The notes below the pieces were generated by a model. That model searched no databases. It saw nothing but the letters and a program-made list of their open reading frames with translations, and was not told where the DNA came from. Both the position numbers and the translations under genes were made by a program. From positions 193,075-225,074 of the forward strand of contig JAOASG010000044.1 of NCBI GenBank assembly GCA_025210235.1: DNA of 32,000 nucleotides, read 5' to 3'. This document shows positions 28,859 to 32,000 of this stretch, one piece after another; positions within the stretch are counted from its first letter, which is position 1, and every line of letters begins with the position of its first letter. Source of the DNA: Vallitalea sp. (GTDB taxonomy: Bacteria; Bacillota; Clostridia; Lachnospirales; Vallitaleaceae).

Positions 28859-29742
28859 TCACTCCTTTACTCCTCCAATACTCATTCCCTGTGTTAATCT
28901 TTTTTGTACTAATATATACAAAATTAATGTTGGGATCATTACTATTACCAACCCTGCATACATTTGCCCATAATTAGCTGCTGCCTTTTGAGATTGCATT
29001 AAATTTATTAATCCTACTGGTAAAGTTTTGGATTCTCCTGGCATCAAGGTTAAAGCTAAAATATATTCATTCCAAAAAGCTAAGAAATTAAATAATATAA
29101 CTGTTATTATGCTAGGTCTTACCATAGGAATCATTATACTAATCATTGTTCTAAAATATCCACAACCATCTATATATGCTGCTTCTTCATAAGTTCTGGA
29201 TGTTGTCTTAAAATAATTAGATATTAAATAGATTGTAAAAGGTATTGCAGAAGCAGCATAAACAATCGCTAATACAACAATATTATCTATAAATAGTCCT
29301 CTTCCTATAATCTTCATAAAATATCTATCCCAACCTAATAACATTAAAAAGATTGGAACAACGATATAGTTTACGTTAATAAAAAGACCAGCCATAAATA
29401 ATCTGTTTAGGATTTTTTTCCCTTAAATTCAAATCTAGCTAAAACATATGATGCTGGAATAGCTACCACCAACAATATAACTAACCCTAAAGATGTTACT
29501 ATAATTGAATTTAAAAAATACTCTCCCATTCTTGCTTTTTCAATAGCATCTATAAAGTTTTTAAAACAAAATCCTTTTGGTATAGCCCAAGGGTTCCCAT
29601 AAAACTCTGAATTTTCTTTTATTGACGCCATAAATACCCATAATACTGGTACTATTATACTAATAGCTAAAGTTATTAATGCTACATATATAAATAATCT
29701 ATAAATATTACTCGCTTTTATCAATTTCTTTTTCTTATTCAT
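28859..29742 (-). pseudogene. ABC sugar transporter permease (MalG/LacG-like) interrupted by a frameshift at an A7 run
   Basis: ORFs 29407..29742 (111 aa N-terminal part) and 28859..29395 (178 aa C-terminal part with an EAA-like loop, EEAAYIDGCGYFRT) together make one ~290-aa permease. They join if the minus-strand A7 (29413-29419) is read as A8 or by a -1 slip. Confidence 0.75.
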
Positions 29743-29751
29743 ATGACCCTC

Positions 29752-30642
29752 CTAGAACTGTAAGGTTTCACGTTTTGTTATTTTATTAATAATTCCCGAT
29801 AATAAGAATGAAAATAAGAAAACTGTAACACCTATAGCCATACCATAACCATAACTTGCATTGTTATAGGCTTGTTTGTACAAATAGCTTAAGAATACTT
29901 CTGAAGATCCATCTGGTCCTCCACTAGTCATTACCTTTACAAATAAGAAACTTAAATTGATAGAACTTATTATAAAAAATGTCAAAGTAGTTCTAATTGT
30001 ATCCCAAACTAAAGGCAATGTAATATTAAAAAATTGTCTTATTTTACCTGATCCATCTAGTTGTGCTGCCTCATATAACTGAATTGGTATAGAACACATG
30101 CTGGCCATATACATTACCATATAATATCCTATAGCCTGCCAAATCATTGCTCCTGCTATAGCATAAATTACAATTCTTTGATTTCCAAGAAACTGTATAT
30201 TTACCCAACTTTCCGGTTTCAATAATCTAAAAAAACCATTTATAAGTCCTTGACTAGGAGCATATATTGCTGAAAATATAGATGATATAACTACAACAGA
30301 TAATATGTTAGGTATATAAAATATAATTCTAAAAAAGTTTTCACCCTTAATGTTTTCTCGAACTAAAATGGATGCAAATACTATTGCTATAGTTAATGTT
30401 ATCACGCTAACTACCACAATAATAAAGATTGTATTTTGAAAAGATCTTAAAAAATTGGGATCTTTAATCAAAATTTTAAAATTATTTAATCCTACAAAAG
30501 CTTTTTTTGCTGACAGTCCTCCCCACTTATAAAGCGACATCTTAAATACGCTTATAGTTGGAACTATCATAAAAATTAAAAATAACAAGAGTGCAGGAGT
30601 AATACAAATAATAATAAACGATTTCAAACTTCTGTTATTCAT
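29752..30642 (-). CDS. ABC sugar transporter permease (MalF/LacF-like)
   Basis: ORF 29752..30666. Six hydrophobic segments and an EAA loop (YEAAQLDGSGKIRQFFNITLP). ATG 30642 lies 6 nt after GAGGAGG. Confidence 0.88.
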   Translation of the reverse strand: MNNRSLKSFIIICITPALLLFLIFMIVPTISVFKMSLYKWGGLSAKKAFVGLNNFKILIKDPNFLRSFQNTIFIIVVVSVITLTIAIVFASILVRENIKGENFFRIIFYIPNILSVVVISSIFSAIYAPSQGLINGFFRLLKPESWVNIQFLGNQRIVIYAIAGAMIWQAIGYYMVMYMASMCSIPIQLYEAAQLDGSGKIRQFFNITLPLVWDTIRTTLTFFIISSINLSFLFVKVMTSGGPDGSSEVFLSYLYKQAYNNASYGYGMAIGVTVFLFSFLLSGIINKITKRETLQF

Positions 30643-30668
30643 AATTTTCCTCCTCATAATAAGCAATA

Positions 30669-30739
30669 GGGCTATCGTATAAATACATTTTTAGAAATGA
30701 ATTGATATTAATGTTAAAAATGTATTATACGACAGCCCC
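30669..30739 (-). promoter_or_regulatory. long intercistronic stem-loop between the binding-protein and permease genes
   Basis: GGGCTATCGTATAAATACATTTTT pairs with AAAAATGTATTATACGACAGCCCC (~24 bp, few mismatches, 23-nt loop). There is no clear U-run, so it is more likely an mRNA-stabilising or partial-attenuation element. Confidence 0.6.
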
Positions 30740-30762
30740 ATAGCAGCTGCATTTAGAAAGTA

Positions 30763-32000
30763 CTATTCAGATTTCATAGCTTTTCTAATTTTAACTGCCG
30801 CTTCAATAACTTCTTTTTGCCATTGTTCTACAGTTTTATTCTTTGTTACAATAGAGTTTACTGTTCCAAAAAGAATTCCTTCTGAACTTGTAAGGTCAAC
30901 ACCTTCTACTGGAGGAGCTGCTGCAAATCCACCCATAGCAGCTTTCGCACCATTATCATATACTGAATAGAATAACTTGTTTTGATCTTCATCTTGCATA
31001 AATTTCGATACGCCAATTATTGGTTGTACTGCATGACCTTTCTCAAATATGATTTTTGCTGCTTCGTCAGAATACATATATGCCATAAATTTTTTAGCTA
31101 AATCAACTTCTTTAGCGCCTTCTGGTATATACATTTGTTCAAAGAATGTATATGAATATGCATCTTGATCTGCTTTTACTTTTGGTAGAGCTGTAAATCC
31201 CCATTTAAATCCATCTGCCCTAGGCGCATCTTTCATTTCTCCTGGTAACCAAGTTCCATTAGGTATAAATAAAGCTTTATTATCTAATATTAATTGTTGA
31301 TTCTTTGTAAATCCTTCTTTATTTGCTTGAGATACTGTATCCGGATGAGTATACTTAGCTAATTCACCTATTAATTCAAAGGCCTTAGTTGCCTCTTTAC
31401 TTGTCCAAGCTTCTTCTTCGTAGTTCATAGCTTCGTTAAATAAATTAGCGCCACCTACTTCATTAAGAAGTGCATAGAAGAAGGCATCAAAATATCCAGT
31501 TGTTGGATAAGTAAATAAAGAAATACCATCACTCTTAGCAGTCTCTCCAAGTGCTAATAATTCATCCCAAGTTTCAGGGAATTTATATTTTCCTTCTTCG
31601 AAAAGGTCTTTATTATAGAAAAGACCACAAGGTGAATAAAATAAAGGTACCAAATATGTTTTACCATCTCCATATGGATTTGTTATTAAAGTATCTGTAA
31701 AACCTGGTACTATTTTATCCTTCACCTTTATTCCTTCATTAGGAACTTCCATGTCTAGCACATCAGTTATATCTTGGATAGCTTTTTCTTTTATTAAAGT
31801 ATCTGTTAATTTACCTTCAGAACCAACAGCTAAATATATAATGTCTGGAATATTTCTAGCTTGAATTTGAGGTCTTAAAATTTCTGCTATATTTTTTTCA
31901 AGAGTCAATTCAATTTTTACTCCTGGATTTGCAGCTTCAAATTTAGAAGCTAACTCTTTCCAATGCTCAACTCCATATCCCCCGTTCAAACCGGCGATTT
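30763..32000 (-). CDS. ABC transporter extracellular solute-binding protein, family 1 (partial, N-terminus outside the window)
   Basis: The reading frame stays open to the window edge. Sugar-binding-protein-like composition. First gene of the permease-permease-GH112 operon. Confidence 0.85.
   Translation of the reverse strand, partial: IAGLNGGYGVEHWKELASKFEAANPGVKIELTLEKNIAEILRPQIQARNIPDIIYLAVGSEGKLTDTLIKEKAIQDITDVLDMEVPNEGIKVKDKIVPGFTDTLITNPYGDGKTYLVPLFYSPCGLFYNKDLFEEGKYKFPETWDELLALGETAKSDGISLFTYPTTGYFDAFFYALLNEVGGANLFNEAMNYEEEAWTSKEATKAFELIGELAKYTHPDTVSQANKEGFTKNQQLILDNKALFIPNGTWLPGEMKDAPRADGFKWGFTALPKVKADQDAYSYTFFEQMYIPEGAKEVDLAKKFMAYMYSDEAAKIIFEKGHAVQPIIGVSKFMQDEDQNKLFYSVYDNGAKAAMGGFAAAPPVEGVDLTSSEGILFGTVNSIVTKNKTVEQWQKEVIEAAVKIRKAMKSE

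Noticed and set aside
1-32000. Looked for CRISPR repeats, tRNA/rRNA genes, prophage or defence-island content, and integrase or transposase genes
   Set aside because: None found. The only multi-copy sequence is the H1/rod element pair, and every long ORF is a recognisable housekeeping or sugar-utilisation gene.

Overview
Very AT-rich Firmicutes chromosome, probably a Clostridia-type spore former (alpha/beta SASP, RemA, PASTA kinase PrkC). All genes but rpmB lie on the minus strand. Positions 46-21500 hold a conserved housekeeping block: yicC-remA-gmk-rpoZ | priA-def-fmt-yugP-rsmB-rlmN-stp-prkC-rsgA-rpe-thiN | rpmB(+) | asp23-yloV-recG | ssp | rsmD | coaD. Upstream of it in coordinates are a T-box-controlled divergent MetRS-like ligase, a citrate synthase, and a GH112 galacto-/lacto-N-biose phosphorylase operon with an ABC importer whose second permease is split at an A7 run. 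I see no transposase, integrase, CRISPR array, tRNA/rRNA, prophage or recognisable defence gene, and every long ORF belongs to a family I recognise. The one thing the ORF track does not explain is a pair of ORF-free, highly structured ~390-nt and ~490-nt elements (1793-2183 and 21683-22171). They share an almost identical 22-bp-arm hairpin with a GC-rich loop. Each also has a ~200-nt rod whose stems covary around a conserved purine-rich internal loop. I cannot assign them to any RNA family from memory. They are the best candidate for something undescribed, but they have no associated protein genes and the transcribed strand is uncertain.
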